From: Nitrospinales bacterium | Lineage (GTDB): Bacteria; Nitrospinota; Nitrospinia; Nitrospinales; VA-1 | Length of the DNA: 64,000 bases | Assembly: GCA_965262115.1 (NCBI GenBank) | Contig: OZ253496.1 | Span: 640,001-704,000, forward strand | Reading direction: 5' to 3' | Shown here: piece by piece, positions 11,868-21,562 of the stretch | How positions within the stretch are numbered: the stretch's first letter is position 1 | How the letters are laid out: each line of letters begins with the position of its first letter | Notes under the pieces: generated by a model | The model's database searches: none | What the model was told of the DNA's origin: nothing | What the model saw: only the letters and a program-made list of their open reading frames with translations | Position numbers and translations under genes: made by a program

Positions 11868-13007
11868 ATGACCGCTTACATCATACGCCGGATTCTATTG
11901 ATGCTTCCCACTCTGATCGGAATCGTCACCATCACTTTTATCGCCACGCAATTCGTTCCCGGGGGTCCGATCGACCAGATAAAATCACTTTTAAGAGGCC
12001 ACGCTGGCACCCTGACCGAGGCAGGCGGCGGAGCTATGACAGACCCCGGAAAAAAATTTGGCGAGATAGACCCCAAACATATGGAGCAATTAAAAAAAAT
12101 CTATCACCTCGACCGACCGCTCTGGGAAAGATATCTGCGCACCTTTTTATGGTACTCGCCGCAAAATAAAAATGCCCCCTTGGTTGAGAGTTTTTTCAAC
12201 CGTGAAAACTGGGAAGGGTTTCTCGTCTTTAAATTCGGCAACTCGTTTTACCGCAATAAATCCGTTCTTGAACTCATCAAGGAAAAGTTGCCGGTTTCCG
12301 CATCGCTGGGTGTCACCAGCTTTTTTTTGACCTACACCATCTGCATCATTCTGGGCATCGCCAAAGCCGTGAAGCATGGAACCCGTTTTGACACCGCGAC
12401 CAGCTTGATTGTGCTCATCGGTTATAGTGTCCCTGGATTTGTTCTGGCAATATTTATCATTGTCCTGTTTGGTCCGGGAGATGGGGCCATCGCCCATCTT
12501 GTACCGATCTCCGGCTTGACTTCGGCGGGAACTCCCGGTTACGAGTCGTGGACGGCTTGGGAAAAGCTGACCGATTATCTCCATCATCTGGCCGCCCCCT
12601 TGTTGTGCTATGTACTCGGTGGATTCGCCACGCTGACCCTGTTGACCAAAAATGCCTTCCTGGAAGAAATGCGCAAACAATATGTGTTGACGGCCCGAGC
12701 CAAGGGCCTGCCGGAAAAGCGCGTCCTGTTCAAACATGTGCTGAAAAATTCACTCATTCCACTGGTGACAGGATTCCCCATTGCCTTTCTCGCCATGTTT
12801 TTCTCCGGTTCGTTATTGCTGGAACAAATTTTTACTTTGGACGGACTGGGGCTTCTTTCCTACCAGGCGGTGATCCAGAGAGATTATCCCATTGTCCTCG
12901 GCACTCTGTTTATCTTCTCACTTATGGCGCTGGTCGGCCAGTTGTTGACCGACCTGTCTTACGTTTTAATTGATAGAAGAATTTCTTTTGCTGAGTCCCA
13001 GGGCTGA
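11868..13007 (+). CDS. yejB: peptide ABC permease (YejB-like)
   Basis: YIIRRILLMLPTL, QFVPGGP, YVLTARAKGL. Confidence 0.85.
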   Translation: MTAYIIRRILLMLPTLIGIVTITFIATQFVPGGPIDQIKSLLRGHAGTLTEAGGGAMTDPGKKFGEIDPKHMEQLKKIYHLDRPLWERYLRTFLWYSPQNKNAPLVESFFNRENWEGFLVFKFGNSFYRNKSVLELIKEKLPVSASLGVTSFFLTYTICIILGIAKAVKHGTRFDTATSLIVLIGYSVPGFVLAIFIIVLFGPGDGAIAHLVPISGLTSAGTPGYESWTAWEKLTDYLHHLAAPLLCYVLGGFATLTLLTKNAFLEEMRKQYVLTARAKGLPEKRVLFKHVLKNSLIPLVTGFPIAFLAMFFSGSLLLEQIFTLDGLGLLSYQAVIQRDYPIVLGTLFIFSLMALVGQLLTDLSYVLIDRRISFAESQG

Positions 13008-13009
13008 AC

Positions 13010-14272
13010 ATGCTGAAATTAGATAAAGAACTGAAAGTTAAAATAGAGGTCTACAAAAAAGACAAGCGGGCCTATTACAGCTTTTTGATCCTGGCTTTTC
13101 TTTTTTTAGCGACCCTGCCAGCCGAACTGGTCTGTAATGTGCGTCCGCTTGTGATCGTTGTGGAAGGGAAACCTTTTTTCCCCATCTTCTTCACCTACAG
13201 CGAAAAAGATTTTGGCGGTGTCCTGCCGAGTGAACCGGATTATAAGTCCGCCCGATTCCAAAGGTTTTTAAACGGGGTGTCTGCGGCACCTTCTACACAG
13301 CCAGCAGAAAAGAACTCTTTCAGCTTGGAGTTGGATGACTTCGAAGAAGAGGGTTCGGAACCGGCGTTCAGCATCGGGCTTGATGATTTTGAGGACAGTG
13401 AAGAGTCTGTTGACCCGCCTGCCCCTGCTGCAGAAGTCGCACTTTCTCTCTCTCCCAGAGACTACTGGATACTCTGGCCGCCGGTGCGTTATGACTACAA
13501 ATATATTCCGACCGAATCAAAGACCGGCAATGTTGTGCTGGCCGCTCCCTACCGCACTCCTGCGCGCAATGGTGAAGGGTTCATCAAGTCTTCGTGGGAA
13601 GACGGGCATTACCTCGGTACCGACGACCGGGGCCGGGACGTGCTGGCGCGTTTGTTTTATGGTTTTCGCATTTCAATGCTCTTTGGGGCTTCGCTGGCGA
13701 TCACCGGCACCCTGATCGGTTGCCTGATTGGAGGGACTCAGGGGTTTCTGGGAGGTTGGGTGGACCTTGTCGGCCAGCGGTTGACAGAAATCTGTGGATC
13801 CATCCCGCGCCTCTATATTCTAATAATTTTGAGTTCCTTTCTGGTTCCTTCGGCATTACTGCTATTTCTGATTTTAAATCTCACCGCATGGATGGGAATT
13901 GCCGCCTATATTCGTGCGGAATTTTTAAAAGTCCGCAACTTTGAATTTGTCAAAGCAGCCAAAGGGTTGGGAGTTTCCAATTTCACCATCATGCGCCGAC
14001 ATATCCTGCCCAACGCCTTAACTCCCGTGGTCACATTTTTCCCCTTTGAAGTCACCGCAGGAATTCTCGCCCTGGTGAGTTTGGACTACCTGAACCTGGG
14101 GGTACCCAGTCCAGCCCCCAGCATGGGTGAACTACTGGCACAGGGGAAGAACAACCTTCAAGCATTGTGGATATTACTGCCCACCTTCGCGTCGCTCACT
14201 TTGACGATCACATTATTAACTTTTGTTGGGGAGGGTATTCGCAATGCCTTCGATCCAAGAAAAACTCTATAA
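13010..14272 (+). CDS. yejE: peptide ABC permease (YejE-like) with acidic insertion
   Basis: LGTDDRGRDVLARLFYGFRIS, RHILPNA. Confidence 0.85.
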   Translation: MLKLDKELKVKIEVYKKDKRAYYSFLILAFLFLATLPAELVCNVRPLVIVVEGKPFFPIFFTYSEKDFGGVLPSEPDYKSARFQRFLNGVSAAPSTQPAEKNSFSLELDDFEEEGSEPAFSIGLDDFEDSEESVDPPAPAAEVALSLSPRDYWILWPPVRYDYKYIPTESKTGNVVLAAPYRTPARNGEGFIKSSWEDGHYLGTDDRGRDVLARLFYGFRISMLFGASLAITGTLIGCLIGGTQGFLGGWVDLVGQRLTEICGSIPRLYILIILSSFLVPSALLLFLILNLTAWMGIAAYIRAEFLKVRNFEFVKAAKGLGVSNFTIMRRHILPNALTPVVTFFPFEVTAGILALVSLDYLNLGVPSPAPSMGELLAQGKNNLQALWILLPTFASLTLTITLLTFVGEGIRNAFDPRKTL

Positions 14273-14276
14273 AACT

Positions 14277-16307
14277 ATGCTGCTATCGGTAAAAAATCTA
14301 GCCACCCATTTCCATGCCGGACCCGGGAAAATTGCCCGGGCGGTGGATGGCATCTCTTTTGATCTTGAGCAAGGCAAAACCCTGGCTCTGGTGGGGGAAT
14401 CCGGTTGCGGCAAAACCCAAACCGCGTTTTCGATCATGCGGCTGATTGCTGAGAACGGTTACCATCCAACGGGAGAGATCCACTTTCAAGGACAAAACCT
14501 GTTCGGATTAAACCCTGAAGAAATGCGAAGCTTGAGAGGAAATGACATCGCCATGATTTTTCAGGAACCGATGACCTCTCTCAATCCCTTGTTTCGCATC
14601 GGTGACCAGTTGGAAGAGCCTTTAAGGCAACATCTGAAAGTTGCAAAAGGGGATTCCCGAAAACGGGCTCTTGAGCTTCTCGAACGAGTAGGAATTCCCG
14701 ATCCTCATAAACGCATTGATGATTTTCCGCACCAGCTTTCAGGAGGCATGAAGCAGAGGGTTATGATCGCCATGTCCCTGGCCTGTGAGCCAAAACTGCT
14801 CATTGCCGATGAGCCCACCACCGCTCTCGATGTCACTATTCAGGCGCAGGTGTTAAGCCTGATGAGCGATTTGCAGAATCAAACCGGGATGGCGATTTTG
14901 TTGATCACCCACGACATGGGCATCGTCAACCAGATGGCCGATGATTTGTGCATCATGTACGGAGGCCGGGTGGCAGAGTATGGAAGCCGGGAGCAAATCT
15001 TTAACAATATGACCCACCCCTACACGCAAAGACTTTTCAGTTCCATTCCCAAACTTGAGAAAAGCGATACTTTGCTGGACACCATTCCCGGCCTGGTTCC
15101 TTCCGCCAACGAATATGGAGAAGGATGCAGGTTTGCTGGCCGCTGTTCCGAAGTCATGGACATTTGCCATGAACGGGAAAGCAAAGTGCATCACATCACC
15201 AGCAACCATAAAACAGTTTGTCACTTAATGGAAAAAGGAGTGGGCAGCGCCCGCAAGCAAAGCAGAACAACTGATCCTGTACCGGTTCGCAAACTTGAGA
15301 ACACGCCGCTTATCAAGATACGGAATTTAAAAACCCATTTTCCTGTGCGCAAGGGAGTGTTTCTGCGCGTCGTCGACCATATCCGGGCCGTGGACGATAT
15401 TAGTCTGGATATTCCCAAAGGCGCAACCGTGGCTCTGGTCGGAGAATCCGGTTGCGGAAAAACAACCCTGGGTGAATCCATTCTGCAATTGGTTCCCGAC
15501 GCACGTGGAGAAGTCTTCTTCGACAATCAAAATATCATGAACCTGAAAGGCGAAGCCTTGAAACAATTTCGCAAACATATGCAGATTGTGTTCCAGGACC
15601 CTTTCGGTTCCCTGCAACCTCGCATGACCATCGAAAGAATTGTAGGGGAAGGACTAGAGGTTCACCAGCCCTTGCTTTCACCGGATGAACGATCTCAAAA
15701 AATTGCCCGGGTTTTAAAGGAAGTGGGATTGAGTTCATCCATCCTGGAACGCTACCCGCATGAGTTTTCCGGCGGCCAGCGGCAACGCATCGCTATTGCC
15801 CGCGCTTTAATTCTGGAACCGGAGTTTCTGGTGCTGGATGAACCCACAAGCGCTTTGGATGTATCGGTGCAGGCCCAGGTTCTCAACCTGCTTAAAGAAT
15901 TACAATCACGACATACACTTACCTATCTGTTCATCAGCCATAATTTAAGCGTCGTGCGCTATATGGCAGACACGGTAGCCATCATGTATCTGGGAAGAAT
16001 TGTGGAGCAGGCGCCTGTGGAAGAACTCTTCAAGAACCCGCGTCACCCATACACAAAATCGCTTCTTGAGTCGGTGCCCGATCTGGAAACCCGCAAACCA
16101 TTCAAGCCCTTGGTGGGAGATGTGCCCTCCCCTCTCAATCCGCCGTCAGGTTGCCATTTTCATCCCCGGTGCCCCATTTATCTGAATGAGGAACAGGGTT
16201 CTGCATTGGCAAAAAACTGCACCAGCCAATATCCTGAAAAGATGGGGGAAAACCACTCGTTCGTTTCCTGCCACCATGCCGCGCCCTCCGCAAAAATCCG
16301 GGAATAA
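14277..16307 (+). CDS. peptide ABC ATPase with two NBDs (YejF/OppDF-like)
   Basis: two GESGCGKT Walker A motifs; LSGGMKQR and FSGGQRQR. Confidence 0.92.
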   Translation: MLLSVKNLATHFHAGPGKIARAVDGISFDLEQGKTLALVGESGCGKTQTAFSIMRLIAENGYHPTGEIHFQGQNLFGLNPEEMRSLRGNDIAMIFQEPMTSLNPLFRIGDQLEEPLRQHLKVAKGDSRKRALELLERVGIPDPHKRIDDFPHQLSGGMKQRVMIAMSLACEPKLLIADEPTTALDVTIQAQVLSLMSDLQNQTGMAILLITHDMGIVNQMADDLCIMYGGRVAEYGSREQIFNNMTHPYTQRLFSSIPKLEKSDTLLDTIPGLVPSANEYGEGCRFAGRCSEVMDICHERESKVHHITSNHKTVCHLMEKGVGSARKQSRTTDPVPVRKLENTPLIKIRNLKTHFPVRKGVFLRVVDHIRAVDDISLDIPKGATVALVGESGCGKTTLGESILQLVPDARGEVFFDNQNIMNLKGEALKQFRKHMQIVFQDPFGSLQPRMTIERIVGEGLEVHQPLLSPDERSQKIARVLKEVGLSSSILERYPHEFSGGQRQRIAIARALILEPEFLVLDEPTSALDVSVQAQVLNLLKELQSRHTLTYLFISHNLSVVRYMADTVAIMYLGRIVEQAPVEELFKNPRHPYTKSLLESVPDLETRKPFKPLVGDVPSPLNPPSGCHFHPRCPIYLNEEQGSALAKNCTSQYPEKMGENHSFVSCHHAAPSAKIRE

Positions 16308-16349
16308 AAACCTGTAAGAATTTCTCCTGCAACTTTTTGCCATGCAAGG

Positions 16350-16446
16350 CGAGATTCTTCGTCACGTTGTTCCTCAGAATGACAAATCGGCGCTTCTTGT
16401 CATTCTGAGCGATTGCATTGTCATTCTGAACGCAGTGAAGAATCTT
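16350..16446. repeat. cluster of GTCATT-type REP-like palindromes
   Basis: gagattcttcgtcacgttgttcctcagaatgac facing gtcattctgaacgcagtgaagaatct; related copies at 19184-19335 and 55099-55207. Confidence 0.75.
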
Positions 16447-16683
16447 GTCTTTCCCCTTTTTTGACTTGCGCAAAGGTCCCCCTGACAAGGAGACCTTTGC
16501 ATAACCCGAGACCCTCATTGATCCTCCCCTCTCATGAGGGGAGGTCTGGAGGGGTGTGGATTATTTTACGGAATTCATAATCCAACCCTCCCCTGGCCCC
16601 TCCCTATGAAGGGAGGGGAGATTTCTGCTTCCGCTTTCAACTTACACAAAGCTTGATCTTCCCCTGTTTTAGTGGACAGTTAG

Positions 16684-17547
16684 TTAAGAGGCATAGGCCT
16701 GTTTCTCGAATTCGGCAGGGCTGAGATAGCCGAGATATGAGTGACGGCGCTGCCGATTATAAAACACTTCGATATATTCAAAAATATCCTTCTTTGCTTG
16801 CTGACGGGTTTTGTAGTTCCGGTTATGAATGAGTTCCACTTTGAGAGTATGGAAAAAACTCTCCGCCACGGCGTTATCCCAGCAATCGCCCTTCCGGCTC
16901 ATACTGCACTCTATCCCATGAACATTGAGCAAGGCTTGAAAATCGTTGCAGGCATATTGAACCCCCCGGTCAGAATGGTGAATCAATCCCGGTTTCATGC
17001 CGCCGTTCTTCATTGCCATATTTAAAGCTCTCATTACCAACCAATGGGTTATCCAACGATCCATGGCCCAACCAATAACTTTACGGTGGAATAAATCCAG
17101 CGTCACCGCAAGGTATAACCAGCCCTCTTGAGTCGGGATATAGGTGATATCCGAAACCCAGCATTGACCGGGCTCAGCAACATTAAACCGCCGTTGCAGT
17201 TTGTTTTTTGCCACCGGGTGATTATGTTTGGAATCGGTTGTCACCCTGAACTTTCTTTTGTGCTTGGCAACGATTCCATGCTCGCGCATAAGACGGGCAA
17301 TACGATGCCTGCCAATGGCATATCCCTTGTCTTTCAAGTCCTCATGAATTCTGGGACTGCCATAAGTCTGGCGACTCTTCTTATAAACGGTTTTGATCTC
17401 ATCAACCCATCGCTGCTTCTCACGGCTCCTCAGGCTCTCGGGGCGGCTCAGCCAGGCATAGAACCCACTTCGTCCCACTTCCAGAACCCGGCACATCGGG
17501 CTTACCGGAAATGCTTCTCGATGATCCCGTATAAACCGATATCTCAT
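16684..17547 (-). CDS. IS3 OrfB (DDE integrase)
   Basis: [26 protein letters not shown]. Confidence 0.93.
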   Translation of the reverse strand: MRYRFIRDHREAFPVSPMCRVLEVGRSGFYAWLSRPESLRSREKQRWVDEIKTVYKKSRQTYGSPRIHEDLKDKGYAIGRHRIARLMREHGIVAKHKRKFRVTTDSKHNHPVAKNKLQRRFNVAEPGQCWVSDITYIPTQEGWLYLAVTLDLFHRKVIGWAMDRWITHWLVMRALNMAMKNGGMKPGLIHHSDRGVQYACNDFQALLNVHGIECSMSRKGDCWDNAVAESFFHTLKVELIHNRNYKTRQQAKKDIFEYIEVFYNRQRRHSYLGYLSPAEFEKQAYAS

Positions 17548-17583
17548 TGGGAACCCTTCGAGTACCCCTTGTATGTTGTTCAT

Positions 17584-17792
17584 AAGGGGAATTTGTAGTA
17601 GTTGTACCTGTGAGCCCTGTGGGAAGCCGGTTTTGTGTTTTCCACAAGGCTCACAGGGTTTGATTCAGGGCACAATAGATCGTTTACCCCTTGGGCTTTT
17701 AAGCCCGTCCCGAAGCGCAGATCGTTGTGTCCTATTTTGATTAACCCGAACAGTTGCCTGGGCCACTGAGCCCGCATCGGCAAGGCTGGGAG
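17584..17792 (+). ncRNA. IS110 bridge RNA (5' hairpin, target-binding loop, donor-binding loop); ends approximate
   Basis: Internal-loop segments match the actual target (TACCCCTT 17685-17692; CCCGAAG 17709-17715) and the circle junction (ACAGTTGC 17750-17757; CAAG 17781-17784). Confidence 0.85.
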
Positions 17793-17800
17793 ACCAAATT

Positions 17801-18751
17801 ATGAATCAGAAACCCCATTTTATTGGCATCGATATTTCTAAACTCCATCTGGATGTTGCTGACAGCATGACTCAAGAAACCTGGCAAACCGCTAACAATG
17901 AGGAAGGAATTGCTGGTTTGGTCGAGAGTTTATCCGCCTTAAATCCTCCATTGATCGTTTTGGAAGCCACAGGCGGCTTAGAGATCCCGTTGGCTTCGGC
18001 CCTGGTTGCGGGTCGACTGCCAGTAGCCGTGGTCAACCCACGGCAAGTTCGTGATTTTGCCAAAGCCACCGGGAAACTGGCAAAAACCGATGTCATTGAT
18101 TCTCTTGTGCTGGCCCATTTTGCCAGGGCCGTACGTCCTGAGGTCAGGAAAATCAAAGACGAAGAATCTCTGGAACTCTCAGCTCTAGTGACACGCCGTC
18201 GCCAGTTGATCGAGATGCTGACCAAAGAAAAAACCCGTCTAAAACAAGCTCCAAAATGGATATGTAAAGACATTAAGGAGCATATCGAATCTCTTAAAAA
18301 ACGCTTGCGAAAAATCGATGGCGACCTTTCCAGAACCATCAAAAACAGTTCTGCCTGGCGTGAGCACGACCAGATCATACAAAGTGTTCCCGGTGCCGGT
18401 CCCGTTCTGGCTGTCAACCTCTTGGCCGGGGTTCCGGAACTTGGAGTTCTTAATCAGAAGCAAATCGCCGCCCTCATCGGTCTCGCTCCCCTCAATCGGG
18501 ACAGCGGAAAGTTCCGGGGCCGCCGGTGTATCTGGGGCGGCCGCGCCAATGTGCGTGCCGCTTTATACATGGCCGCCGTCACTGCCATGCAGCATAATCC
18601 CGTGATTCGTACCTTTTACACACGCCTCATCGAAAAGGGCAAACCCTTTAAAGTTGCCATTACCGCATGCATGAGAAAGTTATTAACGATCATCAATACC
18701 ATGATCAAAACAAAAACACTCTGGAATGAAAATCTCATTGCCAGCACTTGA
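17801..18751 (+). CDS. IS110 DEDD recombinase/transposase
   Basis: GIDISK, LEATG, KTDVID, NRDSGK, RAALYM. Confidence 0.96.
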   Translation: MNQKPHFIGIDISKLHLDVADSMTQETWQTANNEEGIAGLVESLSALNPPLIVLEATGGLEIPLASALVAGRLPVAVVNPRQVRDFAKATGKLAKTDVIDSLVLAHFARAVRPEVRKIKDEESLELSALVTRRRQLIEMLTKEKTRLKQAPKWICKDIKEHIESLKKRLRKIDGDLSRTIKNSSAWREHDQIIQSVPGAGPVLAVNLLAGVPELGVLNQKQIAALIGLAPLNRDSGKFRGRRCIWGGRANVRAALYMAAVTAMQHNPVIRTFYTRLIEKGKPFKVAITACMRKLLTIINTMIKTKTLWNENLIAST

Positions 18752-18769
18752 CATTTAACACAGTTGCTT
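18748..18769 (+). promoter_or_regulatory. -35 half of the IS110 circle-junction promoter
   Basis: TTGACA 18748-18753; joined to the left end gives a 17-bp spacer and TATGTT (17572-17577). Confidence 0.85.
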
Positions 18770-18801
18770 CGGGGCATGAAAGCCAATGAAGAGGACATCA
18801 C

Positions 18802-19077
18802 AAAGATAACTGTCGCCTTTTTTAATATGTCCCGCTCCATACGAAGGCGAGCGTTTTCTCGCCGCAACTGCTGCAACTCATCTCCCGGCTTAAGCTGTCC
18901 TTTGCCGGGAAACGCATTCCCCTGATCCTCCTCATACTCCTGTTTCCAGCGACCCAGAAGGGCAGAACGGATTCCCAGATCCCGGGACACCCGGGCAATG
19001 CTATCGCCTACTTCAATAACCAATCGAACCGCTTCTAACTTGAATTCTTTACTGAAACTCCTGCGTTTGGTTCCCAT
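18802..19077 (-). pseudogene. IS3 OrfA, 3' end interrupted
   Basis: FSKEFKLEAV...LRRENARLRMERDILKKA; A-AAA-AAG slippery site. Confidence 0.9.
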
Positions 19078-19183
19078 AAAAACACCTCCAAAAGTGTATT
19101 ATCCACACTTTTCGATGTGTCCACCAATTCAGGGGAAGATCAGCTCTCCCTGACAAGGGGGATTGAGGGGGTTTGCTTAGGTT

Positions 19184-19335
19184 GTCATTGCGAACGTAGT
19201 GAAGCAATCCAGAATCTGGATCGCCACGCTCCTTTCAGTCGCTCGCGATGACGGGAGTGGGAGCTGCTAAACCATTTTCCTGACTTCGAAAATTGGTAAG
19301 TGGTAATTGTCATTCTGAACGCAGTGAAGAATCCC
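19184..19335. repeat. GTCATT-type REP-like palindromes
   Basis: gtcattgcgaacgtagtgaagcaatc...gctcgcgatgac; gtcattctgaacgcagtgaagaatc. Confidence 0.7.
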
Positions 19336-19356
19336 CAAGCCTATGCAAGGCTTATA

Positions 19357-19752
19357 TTAAACTTCTTTTCCGCTCCCGGTAGTAACTACCGACCGGCCCT
19401 GTTGCTCTCTCCATCTGAATTTGCCAACCACAATCCTCAAAACCTCGTGAAGCAGCCTCAGCTCCTTGTAGGACAAAACTCTTAACAGACTAATCAGCTT
19501 GGCAATTTCCCTTTCAAAGGCTGGGTGTTTTACAGGAGCCTCTTCAAAATCAAAAAATGTTCCAAGAGAAACATTTAATTTTTCCGCAAGAAATTCAAGG
19601 GTTCTCAACGAGGGAATGCTCACGCCGCGTTCCAGGCTGGAAACCGTTTCCACGCTCACATTGATCTTCTCGGCTACCTGAAACTGGGTCAATCTGCGCG
19701 AAAGGCGGATTTCGGTAATTCTTGCGCCAATCCTCTTCTCAATATCAGACAT
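19357..19752 (-). CDS. XRE-family HTH regulator
   Basis: IGARITEIR...LTQFQVAEKINVS...LERG..PSL. Confidence 0.85.
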   Translation of the reverse strand: MSDIEKRIGARITEIRLSRRLTQFQVAEKINVSVETVSSLERGVSIPSLRTLEFLAEKLNVSLGTFFDFEEAPVKHPAFEREIAKLISLLRVLSYKELRLLHEVLRIVVGKFRWREQQGRSVVTTGSGKEV

Positions 19753-19886
19753 GATTTATCACCTCTGTAGAAAGAATAGACAAATCAATGTCCGCTGGCG
19801 TCGAGGGGTAAAATCGGCGTAAAAGTTCTGGAGGGCATGAGTAGGACTTGAGTAGCTGTAATTTTAAGTCATAAGAGGAGGAAAAA

Positions 19887-20492
19887 ATGAAGAATGTTAT
19901 ATCTGCTGCGGTTTGTGCCTTGTTGCTGTTCCCGTCGCTCGGTTTCGCAGGGAGTAAAGACAATTTTACTTATATCAGTTTCTCAGGAATGGTTTTCGTG
20001 GCGGAAGATTCCACCCTGGAGGCTAAAAATTTCATGATTGCAGGAGGAACAGAAGCAGAATTAGATGTCGGCCTGGGTTTTTCCGTGGCGGTGGGCAAGA
20101 AGGCAGGCAACGGCTGGCGGGGAGAACTCGAATACTCCTACAGGAAAAGTGATACTGGCGATTTAACACTGGGGGCTGTGAACGTTCCCACCCTTGGCGG
20201 AGAAGCTGATATCCATATTATTATGGCTAATGGCGTTTACGACATTACAAACAACAGCCTGTTCACACCGTATCTTGGTGCGGACGTTGGGTGGGAAGAA
20301 GAAGCTGAGGGTGCAGAGTTTGCTTATCAACTTTTGGCCGGAATAAACTATGAGGTCGCTCCTAAAGCCGATTTGATTCTTGGTTATCGTTACACGGGGA
20401 TGACCGATCTGAATTATGAGGCAGCTGGCTTAAAATATACCGCCACGGTGGATACCCACAACTTTGAACTCGGATTCAGGCATTCGTTTTAA
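19887..20492 (+). CDS. outer-membrane beta-barrel (opacity/OmpA-like)
   Basis: signal peptide; WRGELEYSY, FTPYLG, FAYQLLAG, terminal F. Confidence 0.85.
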   Translation: MKNVISAAVCALLLFPSLGFAGSKDNFTYISFSGMVFVAEDSTLEAKNFMIAGGTEAELDVGLGFSVAVGKKAGNGWRGELEYSYRKSDTGDLTLGAVNVPTLGGEADIHIIMANGVYDITNNSLFTPYLGADVGWEEEAEGAEFAYQLLAGINYEVAPKADLILGYRYTGMTDLNYEAAGLKYTATVDTHNFELGFRHSF

Positions 20493-20709
20493 AGACAGGC
20501 CAAACGGGTGATGATAGAACCATTCTGGTAATCTATTTTCTGGTACTTTCTCCTCCAGGCCGTTCGCTTTGTTTTTTTCTAATCTCCTTTTTTCCACTCC
20601 AGGGAGAGTAGACTTTTAATTCTGGAGAGTTAAGGCGTGCCCTTCAAAGAATTTTTTTTCAACCTTGATGATTGGGATGGGATAAACGAAATTTTTCTTA
20701 AAAAATTGC

Positions 20710-20838
20710 CGTTATCAATTAAAAATCTTGCCGCCCATTTCCATGCCGGTCCGTGGTACGTTATATGGTGGACACGGTAGCCATTATGTATCCGGGAAAA
20801 ATTGCAGGACAGGTTCCCGGTCGATGCTCTCTTCAAGA
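20710..20838 (+). pseudogene. relic of a peptide ABC ATPase paralog
   Basis: pieces similar to 14291-14323 and 15950-16036 are joined directly. Confidence 0.7.
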
Positions 20839-20887
20839 AAAGGGGTCAAGGTCTTCTTGACTACAAGAGGGTAAAAGAAGTGCGGCA

Positions 20888-21339
20888 ATCCAACCCTCCC
20901 CCAGCCCCTCCCTATGAAGGGAGGGGAGGCCGATGTTTTAAAATCTTTTCAAAAACTCCATCCAGGTTTTCATAAACATCCTGATTGGTAAATCGCAGAA
21001 ACCGTATCCCCATATCTTCGATGGTTTTCTGCCGGATTTCATCCGATTGGATCGCCGTTCTACTGAAATGAGAGTCTCCATCGATTTCAATCGCGAGTTT
21101 TGCCGATGGGCAATAAAAATCCAGAATGTATTGGTCGACACTGTATTGTCGCCAAAACTTATGTCCACCGGCCTGTCTGTTTCGCAAAAACTGCCACAAA
21201 GCCACTTCCGCTGGCGGCATTTCTTTGCGCAGGGATTCTCTTTTGGTTTTTTCTGTGTTTCTGTTGAAAATCTTTACCATCACTTTCTACATTCCAAGCT
21301 CCCCTCCCTTCATAGGGAGGGGCTGGGGGAGGGTTGGAT
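20888..21339. mobile_element. DUF559 gene bounded by perfect 41-bp inverted repeats
   Basis: 20888-20928 is the exact reverse complement of 21299-21339. Confidence 0.65.
20912..21283 (-). CDS. DUF559 / Vsr-like endonuclease
   Basis: LRKEMPPAEVALWQFLR, YILDFYC, LAIEIDGDSH, LRFTN. Confidence 0.9.
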   Translation of the reverse strand: MMVKIFNRNTEKTKRESLRKEMPPAEVALWQFLRNRQAGGHKFWRQYSVDQYILDFYCPSAKLAIEIDGDSHFSRTAIQSDEIRQKTIEDMGIRFLRFTNQDVYENLDGVFEKILKHRPPLPS

Positions 21340-21562
21340 CAAAGTTAGCATCCATCCTGATTCAGCACAAAATAAATCTCAAAACTCATTGCGCCAGAAT
21401 CCAGCGTTTATCAACCTTTTCCTGAACTAAACACCCTCCGCAGACAACCTTCTGTAAGCTTTTTGCAATACCAACGACTCATTTACAGTTATCTAAATAG
21501 CATGAATTTGTTATCATGTTAAACCAACATTAGAATGAGCACACATTGCGAGGATACTTGTC

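Larger units (their letters stand above)
17571..18769 (+). mobile_element. IS110-family element (1199 bp, CT(T) core)
   Basis: Boundaries fixed by the empty site at 56148-56162; CTT at 17568-17570 and 18767-18769; no TIRs. Confidence 0.95.
16654..19142 (-). mobile_element. IS3-family element copy 1 (1290 bp plus nested IS110)
   Basis: IRs TGATCTTCCCCTG...CAGGGGAAGATCA; 3-bp TSD GCT; near-identical to 55240-56529. Confidence 0.95.
16490..19148. mobile_element. MITE (~165 bp) with 9-bp TSD, interrupted in its right TIR by IS3
   Basis: TIRs GAGACCTTTGCATAA / TTACACAAAGCT[IS3]CTC; CCTGACAAG at 16481-16489 and 19149-19157. Confidence 0.75.

Noticed and set aside
17580..17783. Minus-strand ORF in the IS110 left end
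   Set aside because: Region is better explained by the bridge RNA; no protein motif.
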